From positions 1 through 27,847 of IMG/VR virus record IMGVR_UViG_3300005805_000368: a DNA stretch of 27,847 nt. The stretch is one strand, 5' to 3'. Position numbers and translations under genes: made by a program. Positions 16,893-25,722 of the stretch are shown piece after piece (position 1 is the first letter of the stretch; each line of letters opens with the position of its first letter). The stretch comes from a virus (Duplodnaviria > Caudoviricetes). A model generated the notes under the pieces. That model had not been told where the DNA came from and did no database searches. It worked only from the letters and a program-made list of their open reading frames with translations.

Positions 16893-17117
16893 ATGGACGC
16901 TACATGGGCTGCTGTTGTAACTGGTTCTTTTGCTCTTTTGATGATGTTGGTTGAAAAAGGCAGACGAGAGAACGTTCGTGACCACGGATATGTGAAAGAA
17001 CGCCTAGAAGATTTAAAAGCGGACATTAAGGATATTGACCAAGATATTGCCGTTGTTGAACACAAAATTGATGCCCATCTAAACGACCCGAAGGTTCATA
17101 GTGGGAAAAAGAAATGA
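16893..17117 (+). CDS. Small membrane protein with coiled coil (lysis cassette)
   Basis: Start moved to ATG 16893 (AAGGAG RBS); N-terminal hydrophobic segment then heptads LEDLKADIKDIDQDIAVVEHKID. Confidence 0.7.
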   Translation: MDATWAAVVTGSFALLMMLVEKGRRENVRDHGYVKERLEDLKADIKDIDQDIAVVEHKIDAHLNDPKVHSGKKK

Positions 17118-17392
17118 ACAACAAAAAAGACTTGTTCGTAAATGTGGTTCTTAGAATTCTTGCTACTTTCGCAGCATCTGGTCTTGGCGTTATCGGCGCA
17201 GGAACGATTGCTGGTGTTCCAGTACTCAAAGCCGTCTTTATGGCTGGAATTGCAGGGGTTGCAGTAGTTGTAGAAGGTTTGTCTCGTGCCTTTCTTGAAG
17301 ACGGGAAATTGTCACACGCAGAAATAAATGAAGTGTTCAACAAAGTGGACAAGAAATCGCCAGCGAAGGCTAAGGCGAATGAAAAAGTTTAG
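17114..17392 (+). CDS. Holin-like membrane protein
   Basis: Two hydrophobic segments and a basic C-terminal tail; lies just downstream of the endolysin; ATGA-coupled. Confidence 0.6.
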   Translation: MNNKKDLFVNVVLRILATFAASGLGVIGAGTIAGVPVLKAVFMAGIAGVAVVVEGLSRAFLEDGKLSHAEINEVFNKVDKKSPAKAKANEKV

Positions 17393-17603
17393 TATTGGGT
17401 TGGTTATTGCTTTTTTACTTGCTGGTTGCGGGTACGAAGGTAAATACAGATACGAATGTCAGATTCCAGAAAACTGGGAAAACGAAGAATGTAATCCCCC
17501 GCTTTGTGTGGCAAGCGGAGAGTGCACGAAAGATTTGCTTGGTTTCGACCCAACAGAAACAACTTTAACAATTACACAAAGCACAGGAGATTCAAATGGC
17601 TGA
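17379..17603 (+). CDS. Small 4-Cys lipoprotein
   Basis: Start moved to ATG 17379; MKKFSIGLVIAFLLAG|C lipobox; YRYECQ.PENW..EECNPPLCVASGEC. Confidence 0.8.
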   Translation: MKKFSIGLVIAFLLAGCGYEGKYRYECQIPENWENEECNPPLCVASGECTKDLLGFDPTETTLTITQSTGDSNG

Positions 17604-18414
17604 GAAAAATGGTGACGGAATTGTTTATCATCGCTCGGACTGTAGCCCTGGCTATGTAAGGTCTTATGGCGCAGGCGGAGATTGGCCGGGTTCAATCTGT
17701 GGAACTTGGGGACTTAGTGAAGCCGCATTGCAGTACATCCATGACCACCCTGAAATAAATCACAGATTTGAAGACATGGTTGCTTTTACGCTTGAGAAAG
17801 AAGTTGGACCAGCAATTGAGGATTGGGGTGACGACCTAATCGGCGACATAGGAGGCGTTCTGGCTCCAATATTTACCGACCCAATTTCGGTCATAGAGCC
17901 AATCTTGGACCCCATAGTGGACATAGGCGAAAAGATAGGAGAAGGAGTACAACAAGGCTACGAAATAGTAAAAGACGGCGTGGTGGAAGGTGCGATAGAG
18001 GCTTATCACTGGGTAGATGAGAATGGTTGCAATCTTGCGGTAACTGGGCTAATTGGTGCGGCAATTACTGCTGCGTTTGCGCCAGCACAACCAGAAGGTC
18101 TTGCGGCATCAACTTCTCTGTCAATAATGGCACAAGGCATAGAAATGGCAGAAAAAGCAGTCGTTGTGAAAGCGATGACCGAAGTTATTGCTGATGTATT
18201 TTTGGCGATACCAGAAGTTAGCGACAGCGTTGACCACACCCTTTTGAAAAACATTATTTCAAACTGCTTGGCTAAAAGTCTAGAAAATCCAGAACTATGG
18301 GGAACGGCAGCAGGTGTCTTTGCGGCACTTGCGGCGGCATTCGCACCTGTTATCGCAGATTTGATTTGCAAGAAAACATGCCCTGAGGGGTTCACTAAGG
18401 CATTTGGAGCATAA
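17596..18414 (+). CDS. Hypothetical protein (272 aa, acidic, hydrophobic segments, 6 Cys)
   Basis: AGGAG RBS, long ORF packed between its neighbours; no family recognised. Confidence 0.7.
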   Translation: MAEKNGDGIVYHRSDCSPGYVRSYGAGGDWPGSICGTWGLSEAALQYIHDHPEINHRFEDMVAFTLEKEVGPAIEDWGDDLIGDIGGVLAPIFTDPISVIEPILDPIVDIGEKIGEGVQQGYEIVKDGVVEGAIEAYHWVDENGCNLAVTGLIGAAITAAFAPAQPEGLAASTSLSIMAQGIEMAEKAVVVKAMTEVIADVFLAIPEVSDSVDHTLLKNIISNCLAKSLENPELWGTAAGVFAALAAAFAPVIADLICKKTCPEGFTKAFGA

Positions 18415-18714
18415 ATGATAAACAAATCCAACAATCGCCCCAGACTAACTCCAGTAGAACTCGACGCACGACTGAAGTTTCTTATCGGCTGTGTTCTTGG
18501 GGTAGTGCTTTTGGCAACCACCCTCGGAGTGCTGTACGCCCTCATATTTGTTTCACAGCCAATCGGAGCACAAGCAGAGAATGACAAGATGTTCTTCACC
18601 GTGCTTTCCTCGGTTGCGACTTTCATTACTGGAACTTTGGCTGGCTTGATGATTTCGTCAAACAAAAATACAGAAGATAAAAACAACAACAGCGCATCAG
18701 GTGATGAGGAATAA
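18415..18714 (+). CDS. Two-TM membrane protein
   Basis: ELDARLKF followed by two hydrophobic segments around QPIGAQAEND; GGAG RBS. Confidence 0.75.
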   Translation: MINKSNNRPRLTPVELDARLKFLIGCVLGVVLLATTLGVLYALIFVSQPIGAQAENDKMFFTVLSSVATFITGTLAGLMISSNKNTEDKNNNSASGDEE

Positions 18715-18716
18715 TC

Positions 18717-19040
18717 ATGCCGCCGCCATCAAGAAAAAAAAGACGAGAAGAAACTAAAACCGTTGAAGAACTAAGGTTGATTTCAGCAATGAATGCTGAA
18801 TCAAATACGATGATTCCGATGGTCAATGCCGCTTATGTACGTGTGCGAAATCCCCTGACAGGACTTGACCCACACTTTAAAACTGATTCAGATTCTTTTC
18901 GCGAATTAATTAACCAGTTATGCGATAAAGGTTTGCGAGCCAAACTTGACAAAGAATTTGACGAATTTGCGGTGAAGTATGATTCCAAGTGGGCTTTGGT
19001 AAAACAATTTGCGATGCCGCCAATTGTAGAAAATCAATAG
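18717..19040 (+). CDS. Hypothetical protein
   Basis: GAGGA RBS; tiles between its neighbours. Confidence 0.65.
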   Translation: MPPPSRKKRREETKTVEELRLISAMNAESNTMIPMVNAAYVRVRNPLTGLDPHFKTDSDSFRELINQLCDKGLRAKLDKEFDEFAVKYDSKWALVKQFAMPPIVENQ

Positions 19041-19044
19041 TTGA

Positions 19045-19293
19045 GTGAAAGTCTGGATTGATCAAGACCTGTGTACTGGCGATGGGCTGTGCGCAGAGAT
19101 AGCACCAGATGTTTTCATCATGCTGGAGGACGGGTTAGCGTACGTTCAGGAGGGTGGGAAGGTCTTCGCCAAATCCAGAGGGAACCCAGAGGGCGCCGCT
19201 GGTGTCGCTTCTTTTGCGGACGACAGACTTGATGATGTCATAAGCGCGGCTGAGGATTGTCCAGGAGAGTGCATTTTTATAGAGGCAGACTAA
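19045..19293 (+). CDS. Single-cluster ferredoxin (CxxDxxC...CP)
   Basis: KVWIDQDLCTGDGLCAEIAPDVF...AAEDCPGECI; GTG start. Confidence 0.92.
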   Translation: MKVWIDQDLCTGDGLCAEIAPDVFIMLEDGLAYVQEGGKVFAKSRGNPEGAAGVASFADDRLDDVISAAEDCPGECIFIEAD

Positions 19294-19294
19294 G

Positions 19295-19305
19295 TGGTGT
19301 AGAAT
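19295..19305 (+). promoter_or_regulatory. Putative promoter TGGTGTAGAAT
   Basis: 10 of 11 identical to the 15939 motif; intergenic. Confidence 0.5.
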
Positions 19306-19385
19306 AGATATAAGGAAAAGGAGCCCTGCCACCTCTACGTGTGGGGGTGCGGATGCCTGATTTTGTAGTTTAAACAAGATAGTCT

Positions 19386-19730
19386 TTGCCTATGGTAGAA
19401 ACCGACCAAGAGATTAGATGGCACAACGACGGTCACATTGTTACCCTTTCGCTGAATAAAGACAAACTTGAAATTATTGATGTCTATTGTTCAAACAAAG
19501 AGAAAGATGATTCGCCCTGCCAGCATGATGATGTTCCATGTGTAGTCGAATATTTTTTAAACCTGTATGGGATTGAATGCAATGTTGGTGTTGCCCCACC
19601 TAACGCCAAAATGCCGATTGCTTGGGCTTTCGTTGGGGACAGACACAAAGATTTGGGTTCCTGTCAAGTGTGGGTTATCCCAACAGAGGACGAAGCCTTT
19701 TCTGCTTGGATTGCATCACAAGGCGTATAA
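19386..19730 (+). CDS. Hypothetical Cys-containing protein
   Basis: 114-aa ORF with 5 Cys; start may be ATG 19392. Confidence 0.65.
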   Translation: MPMVETDQEIRWHNDGHIVTLSLNKDKLEIIDVYCSNKEKDDSPCQHDDVPCVVEYFLNLYGIECNVGVAPPNAKMPIAWAFVGDRHKDLGSCQVWVIPTEDEAFSAWIASQGV

Positions 19731-19736
19731 ATATTT

Positions 19737-19835
19737 TTAGTCGTCTTCTTCTACGCCTCTGTCACCACATTCAGGATTTTGTGGGATTGGTTGCTTGCAT
19801 GGGCATTTATAACTTCTTGCGCCAATGACCGTCAT
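19737..19835 (-). CDS. Small protein (32 aa, CPC...C)
   Basis: Not in the track. TAATG overlap with the upstream stop; MTVIGARSYKCPCKQPIPQNPECGDRGVEEDD*. Confidence 0.5.
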   Translation of the reverse strand: MTVIGARSYKCPCKQPIPQNPECGDRGVEEDD

Positions 19836-20302
19836 TATTCACTTGCCTTACATTTTTCGTATCCAAGGATTTCACCAAGCGTCGGATCTAGCGTTTTGTA
19901 CCAACCGTCTTTTTTCATGAGCACACCATAAACTCCACTTATTTCACATGTTTTGATTGACATGCGTTCATATTTGTTGATAACCCTATAAAAAGATTCT
20001 TGGTGTTTTGAGTGTGAAGGTTCACAGTAATAGCGAAGGGTGCCAAATTTTTCTTTAATCTGATGAATTTTGTAGTTTCTGTCAATGGACATAAGTTCGC
20101 TATGACATTCAGCGATGATATCAATCCAGCCATCGTCGCACCTAATCGTCTTTTCCCAACCTTTATCAAAAAATTGATAGAGATTATTTTTTATTGTGTC
20201 AACCTCAAAGTGGCGGGTTGAAACATCTTCATCTTTGTCATGCCACGAGATAGGTGTCTGATTGACAAAACCTCTAAAAAATTTTTCAATTATGTTAAAC
20301 AC
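19835..20302 (-). CDS. Conserved phage hypothetical protein (QIKEKFGTLRYY family)
   Basis: GWIDII, QIKEKFGTLRYY, SIKTCEISG, GWYKTL; start moved to GTG 20302, just after the upstream stop. Confidence 0.7.
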   Translation of the reverse strand: MFNIIEKFFRGFVNQTPISWHDKDEDVSTRHFEVDTIKNNLYQFFDKGWEKTIRCDDGWIDIIAECHSELMSIDRNYKIHQIKEKFGTLRYYCEPSHSKHQESFYRVINKYERMSIKTCEISGVYGVLMKKDGWYKTLDPTLGEILGYEKCKASE

Positions 20303-20307
20303 GTAAC

Positions 20308-21078
20308 CTATATTTCTGTAATGACCACCATATGGTCGTCGTAGGTGTATTGAGTATCGGGGGGCATTTTGTCTAGAACGAGAATACGCAAAAGCCATCT
20401 ATCGGTTCCGTCGTATCGTGCTTTGAACGACCTCCTTCCATGAACTAGTTTTCGGTTGTCAAGAACAATAACATCACCTGTTCGCAAAACTATATCTTTG
20501 GTGTTTTGTTTTATTGACTCAAGAAGTTTGTCTAATGCTTCTTGTGCTTGGAATGTTTTGCCTCGCATATAGAACTCGTCAAAACAGATTGATAGCCCGT
20601 CTGGTGTTTCTGTAAGGATTGGCAAAAGTATGTTTTTGTTTTGTTCTCCTTGTGTGCGGAAACTTTCATCAATTGCTGTTACAAACAATGGTTCTTTCAA
20701 GTAGGAGATTGTTTCTTCATCCAATGATGCGACTATGTCTTTGAGTGAAGCGTAGGTTGTCGCGGCATTCAGGTCTTCTCGTAGGCACATCAGTATCACA
20801 TGCGATGGTGCGTAAGGGTGGAATGCTGATTCGGTATGTAGTTGTAAATCTATTTTTGAAGAAGAGGAGATTTGAAGAGTTTCTCTTTGTTTTATGGGGA
20901 ATATATTTTGAATAAGTCTGCCGTTTTGTTCCTGCTTGTAGGCTGCTGGTATGCCGTGTTCGTAGGCAATCTTTTTTAAAATGGTCTGAGCCTGTGGTGT
21001 CTCGGGGATTTCGTCTAGCGACGTGGGCGTAGGGGGTATTTCCCCTATGTCTACGGCTTTCAATAGTGTCCAACTCAT
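20308..21078 (-). CDS. Clavaminate synthase/AsnO/VioC-like (TauD/TfdA superfamily) 2OG-Fe(II) oxygenase
   Basis: EQNGRLIQNIFP, SSSS..L.LHTESAFHP (HxE), GDVIVLDNRKLVHGRRSFKARYDGTDRWLLR. Confidence 0.88.
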   Translation of the reverse strand: MSWTLLKAVDIGEIPPTPTSLDEIPETPQAQTILKKIAYEHGIPAAYKQEQNGRLIQNIFPIKQRETLQISSSSKIDLQLHTESAFHPYAPSHVILMCLREDLNAATTYASLKDIVASLDEETISYLKEPLFVTAIDESFRTQGEQNKNILLPILTETPDGLSICFDEFYMRGKTFQAQEALDKLLESIKQNTKDIVLRTGDVIVLDNRKLVHGRRSFKARYDGTDRWLLRILVLDKMPPDTQYTYDDHMVVITEI

Positions 21079-21518
21079 GGCGATATCACGTTAGACGAAG
21101 GCAAAGCCTCAAAAAGTGTCCTTATTAGTCTGCGTAAGTCTGGATGATATACAGCGTTATTTAGGTTTATCCGATATTCGTAGCGTCCCTTGACTTTTGT
21201 TCTTGCTACCAACTTGTTTTTACTCAATAAAGATATGGCTTTGATAACCGAGGTATTGGTTACGCCAAGTGTGGTGGCTAACTCTCGGACGGTCAAGCCT
21301 GGTGTTTGTATGAGATAAAGCAAAACCCGTCCAGGTGGGGTTAAAAGATTGACGTTGCTTTTCGGGGTATAGGCGATGATGTTCTGTTCGTCCAACTCTT
21401 CAAGGATTGATTCAACGATTTCTTTAGCGGAAAGGTTTTTTGCTTGGGCGTTTTTCACCACTTTTTCTAGTGGTCCTCGTATGGCGTGGTCTCTTCTGTT
21501 GTCGTGATTGCCAGCCAT
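21075..21518 (-). CDS. Winged helix-turn-helix DNA-binding protein (MarR-like)
   Basis: RVLLYLIQTPGLTVRELATTLGVTNTSVIKAISLLSKNKLVARTKVKGRYEYRI; ATGA-coupled to the oxygenase. Confidence 0.8.
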   Translation of the reverse strand: MAGNHDNRRDHAIRGPLEKVVKNAQAKNLSAKEIVESILEELDEQNIIAYTPKSNVNLLTPPGRVLLYLIQTPGLTVRELATTLGVTNTSVIKAISLLSKNKLVARTKVKGRYEYRINLNNAVYHPDLRRLIRTLFEALPSSNVISP

Positions 21519-21673
21519 TTTTTCAGATTATCACAGTGATAGCAGAAAGTTTTTTTGAAAAACATCATAAATGTTTTATATCTTTACTTTTGTATTTGCT
21601 GCACTTGAATAACAGTGCTTGACACAAGAGAAATAATGTAGTTGTATGTCATACTAGAAAGACAGGAGAACGC

Positions 21674-21970
21674 ATGACTAGTCCAGATAAGTCAAAGAAA
21701 GACCTGCTTAGCAAACTCTCGCAGATGTCAAAAACCGTTAGCGCACCGTGTCCAATCGGGAAGATACACAAACAACTAGACCCCGAAACACAAGTGGCGT
21801 TAATGAACGCACTTCAATCACCAGCCTCAAACTCACAAATCCATAGAGCCCTGATAGATGAAGGATTCTCAATATCACGAACAACCATCAACCAAAAACG
21901 AGGATGTTTCAGGGAGGGTGGGCATCAAGAATGCCAATGCTTCCCTAGCAACCTAGGAGGCTCAAAGTGA
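21674..21970 (+). CDS. Hypothetical protein (possible small HTH/Cys protein)
   Basis: AGGAG RBS; GTGA overlap with the next gene; SNSQIHRALIDEGFSISRTTI; C-terminal CxC. Confidence 0.7.
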   Translation: MTSPDKSKKDLLSKLSQMSKTVSAPCPIGKIHKQLDPETQVALMNALQSPASNSQIHRALIDEGFSISRTTINQKRGCFREGGHQECQCFPSNLGGSK

Positions 21971-23175
21971 GCAAACTAAAAAATACATTGACTGATATCG
22001 CCCTAGATGCTGACGGTCACCCCAATGGGGACAAAGCATGGGCGACAGTCTCCCCAGAAGGCGGAGAGTTATCCACAGGGGCGATGCCTGCAGAACTTGG
22101 CTCGGATTGGGACACCGTCCTCAAGGGTTTCGGTTTAGATCCAAACATCTTTGAGATAGTTGACGACACCGTCAAAATGTCCAAATGGCAATCATCCAAA
22201 CGCCTAGAGAACGGCGACCGTGACTTGATATGGCTTTACTCGTACAAGGCTCGATTCCGACGAAAAAGTCTTACAGGTTTAAATGAAGAACAAGTCAATG
22301 AGATTCGTAACTATGTACAGAAATGGAAACCTGTCAATAAACCTACAGTTCCTGCCTCCAAAGAGGCGGGCGCAACAATGGTTGTCTGTTGGGCTGACCA
22401 ACAGTTAGGTAAATCTGCTGGTGGCGGGGTAGACGCAACAGTTGAAAGAATCTTGGAAAGTTATACGGCAACGATTGAACGAGTTAAAGAACTTCGCAAG
22501 ATTGGGCGCAACATAGAGAAGATAGCCATCGTGAATATGGGTGACCCCGTGGAAGGGTGCGATGGACAGTATTCAAGCCAATTGTTTACAGTTGAACTTA
22601 CTCAACGGGAACAACTCCTTTTGGCGATAGACCTTTGGTCTCAAGGGTTACGCCAGTTAGCGCCGCTGGCACCTGAAGCAGAGTTCATTTCGGTTCACTG
22701 CAACCACGGTGAATGGATGCGCCGTAACGGTAAACAAGTAACTAGTGACTCTGACAATGTGGGTGGCTTTCTTGCTGACACTGTGAAACGGATAGTAGAG
22801 GACAGACCAGAGTTAGATAAACTACAATGGAAAATACCGCACGACGAGATGGTTATCACCTCGGTGTTATCAGGTATCAAAGTTGCGTTTCATCACGGTC
22901 ACAAAATCAGTGGCAAAGAAGTGGAATGGCTTCGCGGGCAGTCAATCAAAATCCTTCGTGAAGAAGGTCGTGAACCCGATATTTGGGTAACAGCACACAG
23001 ACATCATCTTCAAGTCCAAGACTTCGGACCTTGGTACAGGTTCCAATGCCCATCAAATGATGGTGGTTCCAAATGGTATACCGATATGACAGGTAACTGG
23101 TCTACACCAGGAACTCTTACTTTCCTTGTGGGTAAACATGACCCTAAAGGTTGGTCAGATATGGCGGTGCTGTGA
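21967..23175 (+). CDS. Calcineurin-like metallophosphoesterase / nuclease
   Basis: WADQQLGK, MGDPVEG, HCNHGE, FHHGH, AHRHH motifs; AGGAGG RBS. Confidence 0.8.
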   Translation: MSKLKNTLTDIALDADGHPNGDKAWATVSPEGGELSTGAMPAELGSDWDTVLKGFGLDPNIFEIVDDTVKMSKWQSSKRLENGDRDLIWLYSYKARFRRKSLTGLNEEQVNEIRNYVQKWKPVNKPTVPASKEAGATMVVCWADQQLGKSAGGGVDATVERILESYTATIERVKELRKIGRNIEKIAIVNMGDPVEGCDGQYSSQLFTVELTQREQLLLAIDLWSQGLRQLAPLAPEAEFISVHCNHGEWMRRNGKQVTSDSDNVGGFLADTVKRIVEDRPELDKLQWKIPHDEMVITSVLSGIKVAFHHGHKISGKEVEWLRGQSIKILREEGREPDIWVTAHRHHLQVQDFGPWYRFQCPSNDGGSKWYTDMTGNWSTPGTLTFLVGKHDPKGWSDMAVL

Positions 23176-24461
23176 TATCGGTTCAGGTATTGCACGGTGA
23201 TTGTCGTAGTGAACTGGAACTTCTTCCCGATAACAGCGTTGATTCGATAGTTACTGACCCACCGTATGAACTTGGTTTCATGGGCAAATCTTGGGATGCT
23301 TCAGGTATCGCCTATGACCAAAGGGTGTGGGTTCAATGTTTACGGGTGTTGAAACCTGGCGGTCATATGCTCGCTTTTTCTGGTTCTCGCACATATCACC
23401 GTATGGCTTGCGCTATTGAGGATGCGGGGTTTCAGATTCGTGACCAGATTATGTGGGTGTACGGTTCGGGATTCCCGAAGTCTTTGAACATCAGTAAATC
23501 CATTGAGGGGCTACTGACAACAGGTTCAGCAAATAAAACAGCGTTCAAAAACCTATCTGGTGAGCAGGTAGGTCGCGGTAATTGGGGGATTGCCAAACAA
23601 CAGTTCACACACGGTCAGCGTGACACCAACTATGACGAAACTGCTGGTGAGCAACGGTTAGGGAAACTTGAACCAACTACCGATGAGGCTAAACAGTGGG
23701 ATGGTTGGGGAACAGCACTCAAACCTGCGCATGAACCTATTGTTATGGCACGCAAACCACTTGACGGAACTGTGGCAAACAATGTTCTTGTTCACGGTGT
23801 AGGAGGCATCAACATTGACGGGTGCAGAGTGCGTCGTGCTGATGGTGATGACTCTTATGCTGGCAACCGAACAGCAACATTTGGAACACAGGACACGCTA
23901 AGTGGTGGAGATGGTTCTGGGGGTTGGTCACAAAACGAGGAAGGTCGTTTCCCAGCAAACTTTATTCATGATGGCTCAGACGAAGTCTTAGAACTATTCC
24001 CTGATAGCAAAGCAGGCAAACCCCGTGAAGACAGAGGGACAGGAGGTATCTGGTCGGAAAGCATGGGTATTCCTTGCGGACCGCAATACGGGGATGACGG
24101 CTCAGCGGCACGGTTCTTCTATTGTGCGAAAGCCAACAAGAAAGACCGCAACGAAGGCTTAGAAGGGTTTGATTCAAAGCGTGAAGCAGATCGAATTATT
24201 GATGATGGTGTTGGTGGAGACAATCCTCGCAACAGAAGCAATACAGCAAAACTCAACCATCATCCGACAGTTAAACCGACAGACCTCATGCGCTACCTAT
24301 GTCGCCTCGTAACCCCACCAAACGGCACAGTCTTAGACCCGTTCACGGGCTCAGGTTCCACAGGTAAAGCAGCCGTATTAGAAGGCTTCAACTTCATTGG
24401 CATAGAACAATCCGCCGAATATGTGGAGATAGCCAAAGCACGAATAAGGAAAGTCCAATGA
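23172..24461 (+). CDS. Amino-DNA methyltransferase (N6A/N4C, beta class)
   Basis: VTDPPY, RVLKPGG, HPTVKP, VLDPFTGSGSTG; start moved to GTG 23172 (GTGA overlap). No cognate restriction enzyme seen. Confidence 0.93.
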   Translation: MISVQVLHGDCRSELELLPDNSVDSIVTDPPYELGFMGKSWDASGIAYDQRVWVQCLRVLKPGGHMLAFSGSRTYHRMACAIEDAGFQIRDQIMWVYGSGFPKSLNISKSIEGLLTTGSANKTAFKNLSGEQVGRGNWGIAKQQFTHGQRDTNYDETAGEQRLGKLEPTTDEAKQWDGWGTALKPAHEPIVMARKPLDGTVANNVLVHGVGGINIDGCRVRRADGDDSYAGNRTATFGTQDTLSGGDGSGGWSQNEEGRFPANFIHDGSDEVLELFPDSKAGKPREDRGTGGIWSESMGIPCGPQYGDDGSAARFFYCAKANKKDRNEGLEGFDSKREADRIIDDGVGGDNPRNRSNTAKLNHHPTVKPTDLMRYLCRLVTPPNGTVLDPFTGSGSTGKAAVLEGFNFIGIEQSAEYVEIAKARIRKVQ

Positions 24462-24745
24462 AAGTATTTGTTCCCAACTACACCCGAGATGACATCCAAA
24501 CCTATTTAGAGCACCAAGACGAAACCGTCCTATTAGCAGACGGCTTTGAACATGCTTTCCTAGGAACAACACAACGGATAAACGAACCACCCATAGCCGT
24601 CTACTCCTATCCGCTAATGGTAGAAACCCTGACACTCCGAGACGGGATGACCTATCTAGAAGCCGAAGAATACATTGATTTCAATGTCGCAGGTGCATGG
24701 GTCGGGGAACAAACCCCAATCATCGTCCACCCCATAAACCTTTAA
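24458..24745 (+). CDS. Conserved phage hypothetical protein
   Basis: ADGFEHAFLG, AVYS, GMTYLEAEEYIDFNVAGAWVGEQTP; ATGA-coupled. Confidence 0.7.
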   Translation: MKVFVPNYTRDDIQTYLEHQDETVLLADGFEHAFLGTTQRINEPPIAVYSYPLMVETLTLRDGMTYLEAEEYIDFNVAGAWVGEQTPIIVHPINL

Positions 24746-24790
24746 CCACGCGGCGCCATAGATAAACCCAAACAACAAGGAACTTTAATT

Positions 24791-25411
24791 ATGACAACAA
24801 TCGTAGGAATACAAGGAGACGGATACTGCCTACTGGCAGCAGACACCCGCATCACCTCAACAGACAGCGCGGGCGTCCCATACCAAATCATGACCCTCAA
24901 ATCCGAAACATCCAAAATAGCCGTCAACGGTAAATACCTAATAGCAACGGCAGGAGACCTCAGAGCCATCAACCTCCTCACCCACACCCTCAACCCACCC
25001 ATCTGCCCACCAAACCTCAAAGGCAAAAAACTAGACGAATTCGTCACCAACAAACTCATCCCCGCCATCAAAGAAATGTTTGAAAAGAACGGATACACAA
25101 CAAACGAAACAACAGTAGCCACCAAAGCCGAACACGACTCCGAACTCCTCATCGCAATCAACCAAACCCTCTACCACATAGACGGCGACTACTCCTGGTT
25201 CACAGACCAAACAGGCATCTACACCCTAGGAACAGGAGCACCCTACGCACTAGGCGCACTACACAACATGCCCACCCCCAAAAACTCTCAACAAGCCAAA
25301 AGACAAGCCATCAAAGCACTCGCCACAGCATCCAAATACGACCCAAACACAGGAAGCCCATACCACACCAACATCCAACAAACACAACAGAAAACAGATA
25401 AACCTAAATGA
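24791..25411 (+). CDS. Proteasome beta-subunit/HslV-like threonine peptidase (Ntn hydrolase)
   Basis: M-TTIVGI (Thr1), AADTRIT (Asp17), SKI, AGD, LGTGAPYALGAL, YDPNTG. Confidence 0.85.
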   Translation: MTTIVGIQGDGYCLLAADTRITSTDSAGVPYQIMTLKSETSKIAVNGKYLIATAGDLRAINLLTHTLNPPICPPNLKGKKLDEFVTNKLIPAIKEMFEKNGYTTNETTVATKAEHDSELLIAINQTLYHIDGDYSWFTDQTGIYTLGTGAPYALGALHNMPTPKNSQQAKRQAIKALATASKYDPNTGSPYHTNIQQTQQKTDKPK

Positions 25412-25722
25412 AACAACAACACCACAACAACCCAGACGATACACAAACAAAACGCTGGCAAACCATGGCAGCCTGCCGAGGAAAAACACACCTCATGTTC
25501 CCCCAACACCACAAAGACATCACCTACATCCTAGAAGCCAGAAACATCTGCGCCCACTGCACCGTCCGACCACAATGCCTCAAAGAAGCCCTCGAATACC
25601 ACCCAATAGACATGCACGGAGTATGGGCAGGCTTAACATCACGACAACTCGCCGCCGAACAAAAACGCAGAGGCATCAAACCCATCCGACCATCAATCAG
25701 CCAAATGTGGGAACTAGGCTAA
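25408..25722 (+). CDS. whiB: WhiB-family Fe-S transcription factor
   Basis: WQTMAAC, ICAHCTVRPQC, HGVWAGLT (4 Cys + GVWxG), basic tail. Confidence 0.93.
   Translation: MKQQHHNNPDDTQTKRWQTMAACRGKTHLMFPQHHKDITYILEARNICAHCTVRPQCLKEALEYHPIDMHGVWAGLTSRQLAAEQKRRGIKPIRPSISQMWELG

Noticed and set aside
18006-18689. 227-aa minus-strand ORF
   Set aside because: Fully antisense to two plus-strand genes that have RBSs and fit the operon; no recognisable motif.
21619-21647. TTGACA -35 box upstream of 21674
   Set aside because: No convincing -10 hexamer at 16-18 nt spacing.
21967-24461. Restriction-modification system
   Set aside because: The gene beside the methyltransferase is a calcineurin-like phosphoesterase, not a recognisable restriction endonuclease; orphan methyltransferases are common in phages.
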